A stretch of 63,949 nucleotides of DNA, filler included, from Vicugna vicugna (lineage: Eukaryota), in NCBI GenBank assembly GCA_013265495.1. It is 79 parts of 76 records of this genome, joined end to end, with 100 filler letters (N's around TTAATTAATTAA, not from the genome) between each part and the next. Parts side by side here need not be neighbours in the genome. Positions count along the whole stretch, not along the records: positions 12,208 to 13,023 come from PNXW01023251.1; positions 13,124 to 13,546 come from MU062268.1; positions 13,647 to 14,615 come from MU062269.1; positions 14,716 to 14,772 come from MU062269.1; positions 14,873 to 15,529 come from PNXW01023276.1; positions 15,630 to 15,891 come from MU062275.1; positions 15,992 to 16,789 come from MU062277.1; positions 16,890 to 17,729 come from MU062279.1; 71 more parts are not named here. One strand, 5' to 3'. Every line of letters begins with the position of its first letter. The stretch's first letter is position 1. Both the position numbers and the translations under genes were made by a program. The notes under the pieces are model-generated. The model ran no database searches, was not told where the DNA came from, and worked only from the letters and a program-made list of their open reading frames with translations. This document shows, piece by piece, positions 12,611-24,967 of the stretch.

Positions 12611-13207
12611 TGCGATGGAGGTGCTGCCGCCCTCTGTGGAGCTTGGTTTAGGTCTTTGGTCAAGGTAGCTGTGTCAGTTCGAGATACTGCTGCTGCCCAA
12701 AGACCTGAGTTCACGGGTCAGTTTCCAGAAATTGAAAGGGCAGACAGTGGAAGATCTGCCTGTCTTCAGCTTACTGGAGAGGCTCCGAGGTCCTTTCAGA
12801 CTTGCCCAGTCCTGTTGAAGTCGACTTTATGGGAGACACGAAGAGAAGCTGGCCGAAAATATGGCTGCACGGATTGAGGAGAGATGCGAACACATTGATG
12901 AGAGATGTTCTGCTACAATAGAGAATACTGGCCTGGAGACAGCTGTAGAGGATAGCAGGCTCGAAAGGCATTCATAGAGTAGGCTCGAAAGGCATTCATG
13001 AGACATATTGATCCTCGCTGATANNNNNNNNNNNNNNNNNNNNNNNNNNNNNNNNNNNNNNNNNNNNTTAATTAATTAANNNNNNNNNNNNNNNNNNNNN
13101 NNNNNNNNNNNNNNNNNNNNNNNATCAAATTCAAGCTTAGAGCACAATTTTTCAGTTATACATGAATACACACGTACATTCATTGTCACATTCTCTTTTG
13201 CTGTGTT

Positions 13208-13392
13208 CTCCTGTGCACTTTAAATCATCTCTAGATTACTCACTGTATCTAATACAACATGAATGCTATGTAAGTAGTTGTCAGTGCATGGCAAATTCAA
13301 GTGTTGCTTTTTGAAACTTTCTGTTTTTTCAAGAATATTTTCAAATAACAGTTAGTTGAATCTGCTGGATAGGGAGCCCCTAGATACAGAGA
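13208..13392 (+). mobile_element. MER2/MER2B-like TcMar-Tigger DNA transposon fragment
   Basis: CTTTAAATCATCTCTAGATTAC...AATGCTATGTAAGTAGTTG...GGCAAATTCAAGT.TTGCTTTTTG...GTTGAATC...GATACAGAG. Confidence 0.75.
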
Positions 13393-13646
13393 AACCCCAA
13401 GCTCTTCCTTTCCACCTATTATGTAGCGCAGAAGGTATAGGGACAACTAGTGGGAAAGGAGGGCCTGCCTGGAGAGGAAGGAGGAAGGACCGCAGTGGAA
13501 GCCAGCTATTACCCTTACTGGAGCTAGCTGATAGCAGTGCAGTGAGNNNNNNNNNNNNNNNNNNNNNNNNNNNNNNNNNNNNNNNNNNNNTTAATTAATT
13601 AANNNNNNNNNNNNNNNNNNNNNNNNNNNNNNNNNNNNNNNNNNNN

Positions 13647-14615
13647 ATACTATATTCTGCATTCCGTATTCTATATTCCATATTCTGTGTTATATATTCT
13701 ATATTATAAATAAATATATTATAAATACTATATTCAATATTATGTATTCTATAATCTAAATTCTCTGTTCTGCATTGCATTTCTAAATCCTGAGTTCTAT
13801 ATTCCCTTTTATATATAATATATTTTGTGTTTTTCATTCTATATTCTATGTTCTATATTCTGCATTCCGTATTCTATATTCTATATTCTGGGTTCTACAT
13901 TCTATACTCAAAATTCTACATTCAGTATTCTGTATTCTATATTCAAAATAATGTATTCTGCATTCCATGTTCTAAATTCTACTTTATTCTATATTCTATA
14001 TTCTGTGTTCTTCATTCTATATTCTAAATTCTATATTCAGTATTATGTATTCTATATTCTAAATTCTGTGTTCTGAATTCCATATTCTAAATTCTGGCTT
14101 CTCTATTCTCTATTCTCTATTCTATATTCTGTGTTCTACATTCTATATTCTAAATTCTATATAAAGTATTCCGTATTTTATATTGTATATTCTGTGTTCT
14201 TCATTCTATATTCTAAATTCTATATTCAGTATTCTGTATTCTATATTCTGAATTCTGTGTTCTGCATTCCATGTTCTAAATTTTTTGTTCTATATTCTCT
14301 ATTCTCTATTCTCTATTCTGTGTTCTACATCCTATATTCTGAACTCAGCATTATGTATTCTATATTCTTAATTCTGAGTTGTACATTCTATATTCTAAAT
14401 TCTAACTTCAGGTTTCTGTATTCCATATTCTAAATTCTGTGTTCTGAATTCCATGTTCTTAATTCGGGGTTCTGTCTTCTGTTTTTCATATTCTATATTC
14501 TGTGTTCTATTTTCTATATTCTGTATTCTATATTCAGAATTCCGTATACTTTATTCTGTATTCTGTGTCCTACATTCTATATTCTAATTTCTATATTCAG
14601 TATTCCGTATTCTTT
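13647..14615 (+). repeat. SatE: (ATTCTAT)n-based satellite
   Basis: Continuous degenerate heptamers with TGTGTTCTGCATTCCATGTTCTAAATT landmarks. Confidence 0.95.
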
Positions 14616-14715
14616 NNNNNNNNNNNNNNNNNNNNNNNNNNNNNNNNNNNNNNNNNNNNTTAATTAATTAANNNNNNNNNNNNNNNNNNNNNNNNNNNNN
14701 NNNNNNNNNNNNNNN

Positions 14716-14772
14716 AGTATTCCGTATTTTATATTGTATATTCTGTGTTCTTCATTCTATATTCTAAATTCT
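14716..14772 (+). repeat. SatE 57-bp scaffold, identical to 14165-14221
   Basis: Direct sequence identity by inspection. Confidence 0.9.
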
Positions 14773-14872
14773 NNNNNNNNNNNNNNNNNNNNNNNNNNNN
14801 NNNNNNNNNNNNNNNNTTAATTAATTAANNNNNNNNNNNNNNNNNNNNNNNNNNNNNNNNNNNNNNNNNNNN

Positions 14873-15529
14873 CAGAGAACTCTTGTGACTGAAGAGAGCT
14901 GCGTGGAGTTGTCTCTTCAGCTCCACCACGCACTGACAATAGTTCAGGAATCCTGAGCGTGGGAAGTTCCACCAACGGTCGGTAGCGCGTGGGTTCTAAC
15001 GGAATGCCTAAGCTCGCCTCCCCTGAGGGTTTTCCTAATGTTTCTGTGCCAGGGAATGCTAGGGGTGATTGCAGGATATCCCGGTGACCGAAGCTGTCTC
15101 CCCAAGTTCAGAGAAGTTTTTTATCGAACTTCCCCAATCAGGGAACTCCTGTGACTGAAGAGAGCTGCGTGGAGTTGTCTCTCGAGATCCCCCACGCACT
15201 GACAATGGTTCCGGAATCCTGAGCGTGGGGAGGTTCCACAAACGGTCGGCAGCTCGTGGGTTATAACGCAATGCCTAAGCTTGTGTCCCCTGAGGGTTTT
15301 CCTAATTTCTCTGTGCCAGGGAATGCTAGGGGTGATTGCAGGATATCCCAGGGTCCGAGGCTGCCTCCCCAAGGTCAGGGAAGGTATTTCTCGGACTTCC
15401 CCGAACAGGGAACACCTGTGACTGAAGATAGCTGCGTGGAGTTGTCTCTCGAGCTCCCCCACGCACTGACAATGGTTCTGGACTCCTGAGCGTTCAGAGG
15501 ATCCACCTACGGTCGACAGCGCTTGGGTT
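14873..15529 (-). repeat. SatA, about 2.5 monomers
   Basis: AAC.CCTGTGACTGAAGA at 15144 and 15411 (period 267). Confidence 0.95.
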
Positions 15530-15991
15530 NNNNNNNNNNNNNNNNNNNNNNNNNNNNNNNNNNNNNNNNNNNNTTAATTAATTAANNNNNNNNNNNNNNN
15601 NNNNNNNNNNNNNNNNNNNNNNNNNNNNNTGTTTTATTATGTAAATAAATGTTTTTGTATTTCAAGAAACTTGTATGATATCCTGGCTCTTTGAGAAGTA
15701 TTTTGTAAGATACTTAGATAACCTAATGTTGGAAAAATACAAACGTGACTTTTATGAATATAGGCATAGTATAGATCTGTTGGTTTTTGTACAGTGCAAG
15801 ACATGAGGCCTAGGAGAGCTTTGCTTCCGATAGCCAGGAGGACAGTTCCCATGTCTCAGTTTCCCCTCCAGTAAAATGAAGTGGCTGGACTNNNNNNNNN
15901 NNNNNNNNNNNNNNNNNNNNNNNNNNNNNNNNNNNTTAATTAATTAANNNNNNNNNNNNNNNNNNNNNNNNNNNNNNNNNNNNNNNNNNNN

Positions 15992-16540
15992 TTGGAGGCT
16001 GGCAATCTGTAATTTCTTTTTCTTTTTTGCCTTTTCATTTTTTTTTTTTTTTGGAAGTTCTACTCCCCATTCTAAGGAAGAGTTGTCAGAATAAAATTGN
16101 NNNNNNNNNNNNNNNNNNNNNNNNNNNNNNNNNNNNNNNNNNNNNNNNNNNNNNNNNNNNNNNNNNNNNNNNNNNNNNNNNNNNNNNNNNNNNNNNNNNN
16201 NNNNNNNNNNNNNNNNNNNNNNNNNNNNNNNNNNNNNNNNNNNNNNNNNNNNNNNNNNNNNNNNNNNNNNNNNNNNNNNNNNNNNNNNNNNNNNNNNNNN
16301 NNNNNNNNNNNNNNNNNNNNNNNNNNNNNNNNNNNNNNNNNNNNNNNNNNNNNNNNNNNNNNNNNNNNNNNNNNNNNNNNNNNNNNNNNNNNNNNNNNNN
16401 NNNNNNNNNNNNNNNNNTCTCCTCAAGGTGGGTATTTCCCGTTATCTTTCAACCAGGCCCCACCCAGTATGTCTCCACTGGGTGGGTAATTCTCCCCAGT
16501 ATCTTTCAACTGGAGGGCCAGGTACCTGGATACACCACCT
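15992..16540. repeat. Multicopy segment of unknown class, copy 1 (paralog at 33691-34236)
   Basis: TTGGAG.C.GGCAATCTGT.ATTTC and TCTCCTCAAGGTGGGTATTTCC...GTACCTGGATACACC are shared. Confidence 0.9.
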
Positions 16541-16889
16541 AATAAAACTCAGGATTATCAACGAATATGGGAGATCCGAGAACCAGGAGAGACTCATCCA
16601 AATTCATCTGGACTCCCCGAGGAGGGTATGGGCACAAAGGGCCACTGCTGGTACCAAGGCTCCGGTTACTCGGAGAGTTGAGGTGGAGAGAAGTCTGCTC
16701 TAGGTCCCTTCATGGTGTCCTAAACTGTTGACTGAAATATATGTGCAGTCTAACAGATAAGAGTTATGTTTTATTTGGCGGGAGGACTCNNNNNNNNNNN
16801 NNNNNNNNNNNNNNNNNNNNNNNNNNNNNNNNNTTAATTAATTAANNNNNNNNNNNNNNNNNNNNNNNNNNNNNNNNNNNNNNNNNNNN

Positions 16890-17729
16890 ATCACTCTTTG
16901 ACCCCACAAAAACCCTCTTGGAGCGAATTCTACCTTAGAGATAAGTAATTTGAATAGATCCAATCTAAATGATATTCCGTGTTTCGTTCATGCTACATAT
17001 ATGATGGATTCGACAAACATATATTCCTGAGGTGAGCTCATCTTGATTACCAATGTTTCATCCACTATAAAAGGAATATTTTCATCTAGACACATGTAAA
17101 ATTTTCACAAGCTTTCCCTAACACCAGGTTCGAATTCGTGCATTTTTCACAGAAGNNNNNNNNNNNNNNNNNNNNNNNNNNNNNNNNNNNNNNNNNNNNN
17201 NNNNNNNNNNNNNNNNNNNNNNNNNNNNNNNNNNNNNNNNNNNNNNNNNNNNNNNNNNNNNNNNNNNNNNNNNNNNNNNNNNNNNNNNNNNNNNNNNNNN
17301 NNNNNNNNNNNNNNNNNNNNNNNNNNNNNNNNNNNNNNNNNNNNNNNNNNNNNNNNNNNNNGGTTTTTCCTATCACCAGGTTCTAAAATCGGACATTTGG
17401 CACCAGAAAACGCTCTTTGAGCGAATTCTCACCAATAAACATGTAATTTACATTGTTTACATAACCATGGCATTCCGGATTATGAACATGTCCATGCATC
17501 ATGGATTCCTCAAACATGAATTTCTGAGTTGTGAACATGCGAATGACTGATGTTTCAACTACCAAACAAGTTACTTATGCACTCTGAAATATTTACTTTG
17601 ACTTTGTAGCTTCTTTCTATCACCAGTTACAAGAGTCACACTTTGATCCCACAAAAACGTTCTTGGAGCGAATTCTTCCTTAGAGTTATGTAATTTGATT
17701 ACATTACATCTACATAATATTCCGTGTTC
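16890..17729 (-). repeat. SatC
   Basis: Reverse complement of SatC motifs (TTCGAATTCGTGCATTTTTCACAG, TTACATTGTTTACATAACCATG). Confidence 0.92.
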
Positions 17730-17829
17730 NNNNNNNNNNNNNNNNNNNNNNNNNNNNNNNNNNNNNNNNNNNNTTAATTAATTAANNNNNNNNNNNNNNN
17801 NNNNNNNNNNNNNNNNNNNNNNNNNNNNN

Positions 17830-18278
17830 AATATTTTTTTGTGAAAAATGCACGAATTCGAACCTGGTGTTAGATAAAGCTTGTGAAAATGTTTACATGT
17901 TTCTAGATGAAAATATTGCTTTTATAGAGGAAGTAAGATTAGTAATCCAGATGACCTAAATTCAGGAATGTATATTTGTCGAATTCGTCATATATGTAGC
18001 ATGTGGAACACGGAATATCATGTAGATGGAATCTGTTCAAATTAAATATCTCTAGGGAAGAATTCGCTCCAAGAGGGTTTTTGTGGGATCAAAGTGTGAT
18101 TCTTGAAACTGGTGATAAGCAGAAGCTACAAAGTCAAAATAAATANNNNNNNNNNNNNNNNNNNNNNNNNNNNNNNNNNNNNNNNNNNNNNNNNNNNNNN
18201 NNNNNNNNNNGTTTGAGGAATCCGTGATTGATTAATCATGCTCGTAATACGGAATTCCATGGTTATGTAAACAATTTA
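17830..18278 (+). repeat. SatC
   Basis: GTGAAAAATGCACGAATTCGAACCTGGTGTTAG; GGGATCAAAGTGTGATTCTTGAAACTGG. Confidence 0.92.
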
Positions 18279-19450
18279 NNNNNNNNNNNNNNNNNNNNNN
18301 NNNNNNNNNNNNNNNNNNNNNNTTAATTAATTAANNNNNNNNNNNNNNNNNNNNNNNNNNNNNNNNNNNNNNNNNNNNACATTTAATATAACAGTGCATT
18401 TTACATAAGCATGTATAAGATATGGCGTACTACAGTTCATATTGTTAAATAACATATATATTATATAATAGACAGCTATGGATATATTTTGTATTATCTT
18501 ATATGTTACACATTACACATTCTATATTACATGTTAATAATTGCACTTCCTGTTTATATTAGTAACTGCTTGTCATGGGGGGTCCCATTCTCTCTGCGAC
18601 CTTCTCTCCCTGATTACAGGGATTTGGGTCAGACTGCGCTACACTATGTCCCGAGTCTGCGTCTTTCTTTGTGTACGTGTGTCGTCGGGGTATGTGCGTG
18701 CATCTGCGCAATGAGTGAGCAGGCATTTCTCTAGCAATAAATCCAAGCTGGAAGGCATCAGGATAGCACCCCACCAAACACACAAAGAGCTATTACTAAG
18801 ACTTAAAATAGAAGGCAAAGAGACCAATCTAATTTACTGGTTCTAGAAAACAACGGAAAATCTCCCCAAAAGCAACCAGATCAAATATGAAAATTCGGGC
18901 TCAAGCTTATTTTTGAACACAGATGGAAAAGTTCCTCAAAGTCTGAGTAGAATCCAGCTGATATCAAGAAAGACCCACTGGGACCCCAGAGAGGACTTGG
19001 GCTGAGGCCAGGGTCTCTGGGGAGTCCCTGCGAGGGGGAGAACATGCACTGTGGAGATGGAGAGCTGAAGAGGTCTTAAACTACAGGGCAGATGCCCCTT
19101 TGAAGGAGAGAGACGCGGAGGTTTCAGCGTGGATCTCTGACCCTCTGCAGGAGAAGATGCCATCACTGGACACCACGCCAGGGAGCTCACTGATGCTCTA
19201 GGTGGTACGGCCAGGTGCCTCAGCCTGGTCCTTCACATCCAAGGAGCCCAGTCCAGAAAAAGGTCTTACCCATCTGGTAGCATCACCCAGAGCCACTGTG
19301 GCAGCTGTTCTCAGCTCCTTCCCTCACTGTGCTGAGCTCATGGCCCTGGGNNNNNNNNNNNNNNNNNNNNNNNNNNNNNNNNNNNNNNNNNNNNTTAATT
19401 AATTAANNNNNNNNNNNNNNNNNNNNNNNNNNNNNNNNNNNNNNNNNNNN

Positions 19451-19513
19451 TGACACAACATTGTAAAATGATTATAAATCGATAAAAAAATGTTTAAAAA
19501 AATTTTAAAAAAA
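19451..19513 (+). mobile_element. LINE-1 extreme 3' end with A-tail
   Basis: TGACACAACATTGTAAAATGATTATAAATC.ATAAAAAAA resembles the laurasiatherian L1 3' terminus. Confidence 0.65.
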
Positions 19514-20436
19514 GTTGTCTAATGTGTAAAGGTTCTGATTAAGCCATGAACATCCGTAACTTACTCTCTGAAGTAGTAATACACCTGTATCAGGCCCAAT
19601 TTTCCACAATTTTAATAATCTATCTCCTTGAAAATTTCATCTTAGGGTAGATTTCCATGAATTGGTTTACTAAGAAATGTTATTCGATAATATGTATTTT
19701 ATTCCTTAAATCAAAAGCAACATTTGCTATTGTCTCTATTAAAAAAAGCCAGTTTTATTATAAACATATGCATTATTATATTTAATTCTCATTATTTGTT
19801 ATTAGTAATCTGAAAATATTTTAGACTACTAGGAAGAGAATGATAGTATACAGGAATATTACGAGTTTTAGTAATTTTCACAAAACAAATATTAGCTTTG
19901 TCTTTCTCTGGGATTACCATTTTGTTTCATCTTATTTCCTGGCCTAGGATATTAAAAGCGATATTATATTGATGATATAATGCTCCCTTGATTTTTTTTT
20001 CTGAATTAAACAAGTAATCATCTTTACTTTGCATCACTGTGTTTACTGTTTCAGATACAAATGCTGTTCTTTATCATTATATATAATGATAAGCCTGTTT
20101 ATTAAGATTTGGTTTCAATTAGATCAAATTACTTTGGAGTACATTAAAGTGTATAATATCTTATTTAACATATTGTTGTGCAATTTTTAGTAGGGCTTGT
20201 CTTTGTTTTATATCAACCTGGATGATTTTATATATGTAACTTCATGCTACATCATGGAGCTCTGCTTGGCATAATTGTATTTAGATGTGCATATTCAGCA
20301 GTAATTTCAACAGTTCTTGCCTTTGTCATATTTTGGNNNNNNNNNNNNNNNNNNNNNNNNNNNNNNNNNNNNNNNNNNNNTTAATTAATTAANNNNNNNN
20401 NNNNNNNNNNNNNNNNNNNNNNNNNNNNNNNNNNNN

Positions 20437-21474
20437 ACATGAGCACCTAAGTACATAAAACAACTACCAACAGAGATAAAGGGGGAAACTGATGGGAATA
20501 CAGTCATTGTCAGAAATTTTAACACCACATTAACATCACTAGACAGATCTTCCAGAAAGAAAATAAAGAAGACAACAGAGAAATTAAATGATACAATAGA
20601 AAAATTAGATTTAGTGGATATTTTCAGAGCATTACAACCCCCTAGAATAGGATATATATTCTTTTTAAGTGCNNNNNNNNNNNNNNNNNNNNNNNNNNNN
20701 NNNNNNNNNNNNNNNNNNNNNNNNNNNNNNNNNNNNNNNNNNNNNNNNNNNNNNNNNNNNNNNNNNNNNNNNNNNNNNNNNNNNNNNNNNNNNNNNNNNN
20801 NNNNNNNNNNNNNNNNNNNNNNNNNNNNNNNNNNNNNNNNNNNNNNNNNNNNNNNNNNNNNNNNNNNNNNNNNNNNNNNNNNNNNNNNNNNNNTTGAAAT
20901 TAAAGAATACCTTGAGACAAATGAAAATGAAAACACAACCACACAAAACTTTTGGGACGCAGCAAAAGCAGTGCTAAGAGGAAAGTTTAGGGCGATACAG
21001 GCCTTCCTCAAATAAGAACAATATCATATAAACAATCTAACCCACCAGTTAAAAGAACTAGAAACAGAAGAGCAAAAACACACAAAAGTCAGTAGAAGGA
21101 AGGAAACAATAAAGATCAGGGAGGGAATAAATAAAATAGAGATAAAAAAATAAAGAAAATAATCAAACGAAAAGGTAGTTTTTTGAAAGAGTAAATTAAA
21201 TCGACAAACCTCTGGCCAAACTCACAAAGAAGAAAAAAGAGAGAACACAAATTTCTAAAATAAGAAAGGAAAATGGAGAAATTACATCAAATTACATAGA
21301 AATACTGAATATCATATGAGAATATCATGAAAAACTACATGGAAAAAATGGATAACTTAGAGGAGATGGACAAGTTTCTGGAAACATACATAACACCAAG
21401 TCTGAATCAAGAAGAAACTGACCACTTGAAACAAACTGATCACTAGGAATGAAATCGAATAAACAATAAAAAAA
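20437..21474 (+). mobile_element. Relatively young LINE-1 ORF2 fragment (endonuclease domain and linker), disrupted
   Basis: Translates to GAPKYIKQL..EIKGETDGNTVIV.NFNT.LTSLDRSSR and [31 protein letters not shown]; frameshifts and stops follow. Confidence 0.95.
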
Positions 21475-22158
21475 NNNNNNNNNNNNNNNNNNNNNNNNNN
21501 NNNNNNNNNNNNNNNNNNTTAATTAATTAANNNNNNNNNNNNNNNNNNNNNNNNNNNNNNNNNNNNNNNNNNNNGAATATTTTTATGAACGATTATTCTA
21601 CAAGTGTGTATCCAGGCTGTATCCTGTGTATCCATAACACTTTCTCTGACGAGAAGTGAACTGCACATTCAAATGAACTGCCATCACAACTGTGGACTTT
21701 CTAAATCACAGGACAAATTGAAGAGCATGATAAACACTTGTAGTCTAATGGTGTCAGTCGCATGAAAGATGTGCTGTGCTGTNNNNNNNNNNNNNNNNNN
21801 NNNNNNNNNNNNNNNNNNNNNNNNNNNNNNNNNNNNNNNNNNNNNNNNNNNNNNNNNNNNNNNNNNNNNNNNNNNNNNNNNNNNNNNNNNNNNNNNNNNN
21901 NNNNNNNNNNNNNNNNNNNNNNNNNNNNNNNNNNAACTGCATGTTAAACCTATATTCCTGCTCTTTATTCAGTATCTATCATGGATTCATATGTCTGTCT
22001 TGTTGCTGTCCTAACTGCCCCTGAAAAACAAAACACCGAAACGTAACGTGTTCATTTCCAATGCAAGCATGAGGATTGCGCTCAGTACTAACAGCATGAC
22101 TGGATAGTTGGCATTCATATTTACTTATAATTGATTATGTGTCCCTTTTGGCTTTTAG

Positions 22159-22187
22159 GTTCTACTGAAAAATATCCTCACCTGAAG
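22159..22187 (+). CDS. ANKRD26: 29-bp internal exon of an ANKRD26-family gene, (G)STEKYPHLK; functional or pseudogene status unknown
   Basis: Acceptor TCCCTTTTGGCTTTTAG|GTTCTACTGAAAAATATCCTCACCTGAAG|GTAAAA donor; size, phase and peptide resemble the recalled ANKRD26 ESPERYLHLK exon and the 29-bp repeat exons of ANKRD30/36. Confidence 0.65.
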
Positions 22188-22215
22188 GTAAAAACTTTTA
22201 TACTTTTATCTTGAA

Positions 22216-22304
22216 TTTTTTTTTAATGAGGGTACTGGGAATTTAGCCTAGGACCTCATGCACTGCTAAGCAGGCACTCTGCCACTGAGCTAGACCCTCC
22301 CCCC
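22216..22304 (-). mobile_element. tRNA-derived SINE, vic-1-like (camelid), with TTGAATT target-site duplication
   Basis: Minus strand GGGGGAGGGTCTAGCTCAGTGGCAGAGTGCCTGCTTAGCAGTGCATGAGGTCCTAGGCTAAATTCCCAGTACCCTCATTAAAA: A box TAGCTCAGTGG, degenerate B box, A-tail; TTGAATT at 22211 and 22305. Confidence 0.8.
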
Positions 22305-22494
22305 TTGAATTATTACTACAGATTGTATCAAATGCACATGATTAAACATTGCTAAGCAGGCACTCTGCCACTGAGCTAGACCCTCCCCCCTTGANNNNNN
22401 NNNNNNNNNNNNNNNNNNNNNNNNNNNNNNNNNNNNNNTTAATTAATTAANNNNNNNNNNNNNNNNNNNNNNNNNNNNNNNNNNNNNNNNNNNN

Positions 22495-23225
22495 TGTGGA
22501 GAGACGTTCATTCATCCAGCACAAAGGGAACGAGTTGCAAGGGAAATAATTACTGTGGTTTCTCAGTCTGTTCCCTAGTGCCCGGTGGAATTTCCTACGG
22601 TTTGCACTGTAAAACTGAGTTGAAGTTAGTTCCTCCCCATATATATGTAAGGACTGGAGTTTGCAACTGAATAGAAACTTTATGTTCCCTTCAAGTTAGG
22701 TGAAGGACGGCTTTAACACCCACTTATCTCTCAGAACTGAGCATGTGTAGAGACGTTCGTTCATCCAGCAAAAAGGGAGCGGGTTGTAGGAGAAACACTT
22801 ACTCTGTATTCTCAGTCTGTATCCTAGTGCCGGTTTGTAGTTCCTGCAATTTGCACTGTAAAACCGAGTTGCAGCTTGTACCTTCCCATATATATGTATG
22901 GTGTGGGGTTTGCAACTGAAAAGAAACTTTGTGTTCGTTTCAAGCTAGATGTAGGACGGCTTTCACACACACATATCTCTCAGAACTGAGCATGTGGAGA
23001 GACGTTCGTTCATCCAGCACAAAGGGAACGGGTTACAGGTGAAACACTTACTCTGGTTTCTCAGTCTGCTTCCTAGTGCCGCTTTGAAGTTCCTGCAGTT
23101 TTCACTGTAAAACCGAGTTGGAGCTTGTACCTCCCCATATATATGTATGGACTGGAGTCTGCAACTGAAGAGAAAACAATGTAGGTGACGGACGGCTTTC
23201 ACACACACTTATCTCTTAGAACTGA
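22495..23225 (-). repeat. SatD, about 3 monomers
   Basis: TGTG.AGAGACGTTC.TTCATCCAGC at 22495, 22744 and 22993 (period 249). Confidence 0.95.
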
Positions 23226-23325
23226 NNNNNNNNNNNNNNNNNNNNNNNNNNNNNNNNNNNNNNNNNNNNTTAATTAATTAANNNNNNNNNNNNNNNNNNN
23301 NNNNNNNNNNNNNNNNNNNNNNNNN

Positions 23326-24106
23326 CTGTATTTCTATTTTGTTTGTTGTAATTTCTCCATTTTCCTTTCTTATTTTGCTAATTTGTGCTCTCTCTTTTTT
23401 CTTCTTTGTGAGTTTGGCCAGTGTTTGTCAATTTTATTTACTTTTTCAAAACACCAGCTTTTGATTTGGTTGATTTTTTCTATGGTCTTGTTAATTTCTA
23501 TTGTATTTAATTCCTCTCTGATCTTTATTATTTCCTTCCTTCTGCTGCTTTTTGGGGCTTTTTGTTCTTCTTTTTCTAATTCATTCAGGTGGTGGGTTAA
23601 CTTGTTTATTTGAGATTGTTCTTCTTTTTTGAGGAAGGCCTGTATCGCTATAAACTTCCCTCTTAGCACTGCCTTTGCTGTGTCCCATAGGTTTTGAGTG
23701 GTTGTGCTTTCATTATCATTTGTCTCANNNNNNNNNNNNNNNNNNNNNNNNNNNNNNNNNNNNNNNNNNNNNNNNNNNNNNNNNNNNNNNNNNNNNNNNN
23801 NNNNNNNNNNNNNNNNNNNNNNNNNNNNNNNNNNNNNNNNNNNNNNNNNNNNNNNNNNNNNNNNNNNNNNNNNNNNNNNNNNNNNNNNNNNNNNNNNNNN
23901 NNNNNNNNNNNNNNNNNNNNNNNNNNNNNNNNNNNNNNNNNNNNNNNNNNNNNNNNNNNNNNNNNNNNNNNNNNNNNNNAAATATCCACCTAGTTTTTCT
24001 ATTGTAGTATTTAACTTCTCTGTTGCCTTGTTTATTTTCTGTCTGGAAGATCTGTCTAGTGATGTTAATGCAGTGTTAAAGTCTCCAACTATGATTGTAT
24101 TGTATT
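23326..24106 (-). mobile_element. Young LINE-1 ORF2 fragment (EN/linker)
   Basis: ORF LRGKFIAIQAFLKKEEQSQINKLTHHLNELEKEEQKAPKSSRRKEIIKIREELNTIE. Confidence 0.95.
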
Positions 24107-24206
24107 NNNNNNNNNNNNNNNNNNNNNNNNNNNNNNNNNNNNNNNNNNNNTTAATTAATTAANNNNNNNNNNNNNNNNNNNNNNNNNNNNNNNNNNNNNN
24201 NNNNNN

Positions 24207-24414
24207 CAAAAAACCAGCTTTTGGTTTGGTTGATTTTTTCTATGGTCTTGTTAATCTCTATTGTATTTAATTCCTCTCTGATCTTTATTATTTCCTTCCT
24301 TCTGCTGCTTTTTGGGGCTTTTTGTTCTTCTTTTTCTAATTGATTAAGGTGGGGGTTAACTTGTTTATGTGAGATTTTTCTTCTTTTTTGAGGAAGGCCT
24401 GTATTGCTATAAAC
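24207..24414 (-). mobile_element. Young LINE-1 ORF2 fragment, same subfamily as 23448-23655
   Basis: Near-identical to the matching part of the previous scaffold. Confidence 0.95.
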
Positions 24415-24514
24415 NNNNNNNNNNNNNNNNNNNNNNNNNNNNNNNNNNNNNNNNNNNNTTAATTAATTAANNNNNNNNNNNNNNNNNNNNNNNNNNNNNN
24501 NNNNNNNNNNNNNN

Positions 24515-24912
24515 GCTGCAGAAGAAATGATCAATAAAATGAAAAGTCAAGAAACACAATGGGAGAATATATTTGAAATTATATTTTCCAATCTAGTGTT
24601 AATATCCAATATATATGGCAAACTCTAACCCCACAACAACAACAAAAAAGACCAAACAATCCAATTAAAAAAATGTCCATAGGAACTGAATAGATTTATA
24701 TGAATCAATTTTCTATAGAAAACATACAGTTGGCTAAATGACACATGAAAATATGTTCAGAATTTTAAATTATTAGGAAAGTCATAAACCAAGAATGAGA
24801 CAAGACCTCACAATTGTCAGAAGGCTCTCGTCAAAAAGAAAACAAATAGATATTGGTGAGATTGTGGAGAACATGGAACATCATGGACACTGTTGATAGG
24901 AATGCAAATTAT
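24515..24912 (+). mobile_element. Older LINE-1 ORF2 C-terminal fragment
   Basis: ATGGGAGAATATATTTG, AACAATCCAATTAAAAAAATG, ACACATGAAAATATGTTCA, ATTGGTGAGATTGTGGAGAA, CACTGTTGATAGGAATGCAAATT. Confidence 0.85.
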
Positions 24913-24967
24913 TGATTCCATTGCATACATACATCAAATTTTCCTCATCCATTTTTGTGTCAAGGGA

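Noticed and set aside
22216..22304. tRNA-Ala gene
   Set aside because: The B box is degenerate and it has an A-tail and TSD with no intact acceptor stem; it is a SINE
24912..24967. L1 twin-priming 5' inversion
   Set aside because: The two L1 pieces are arranged tail-to-tail, which does not fit twin-priming geometry; more likely independent fragments or a rearrangement
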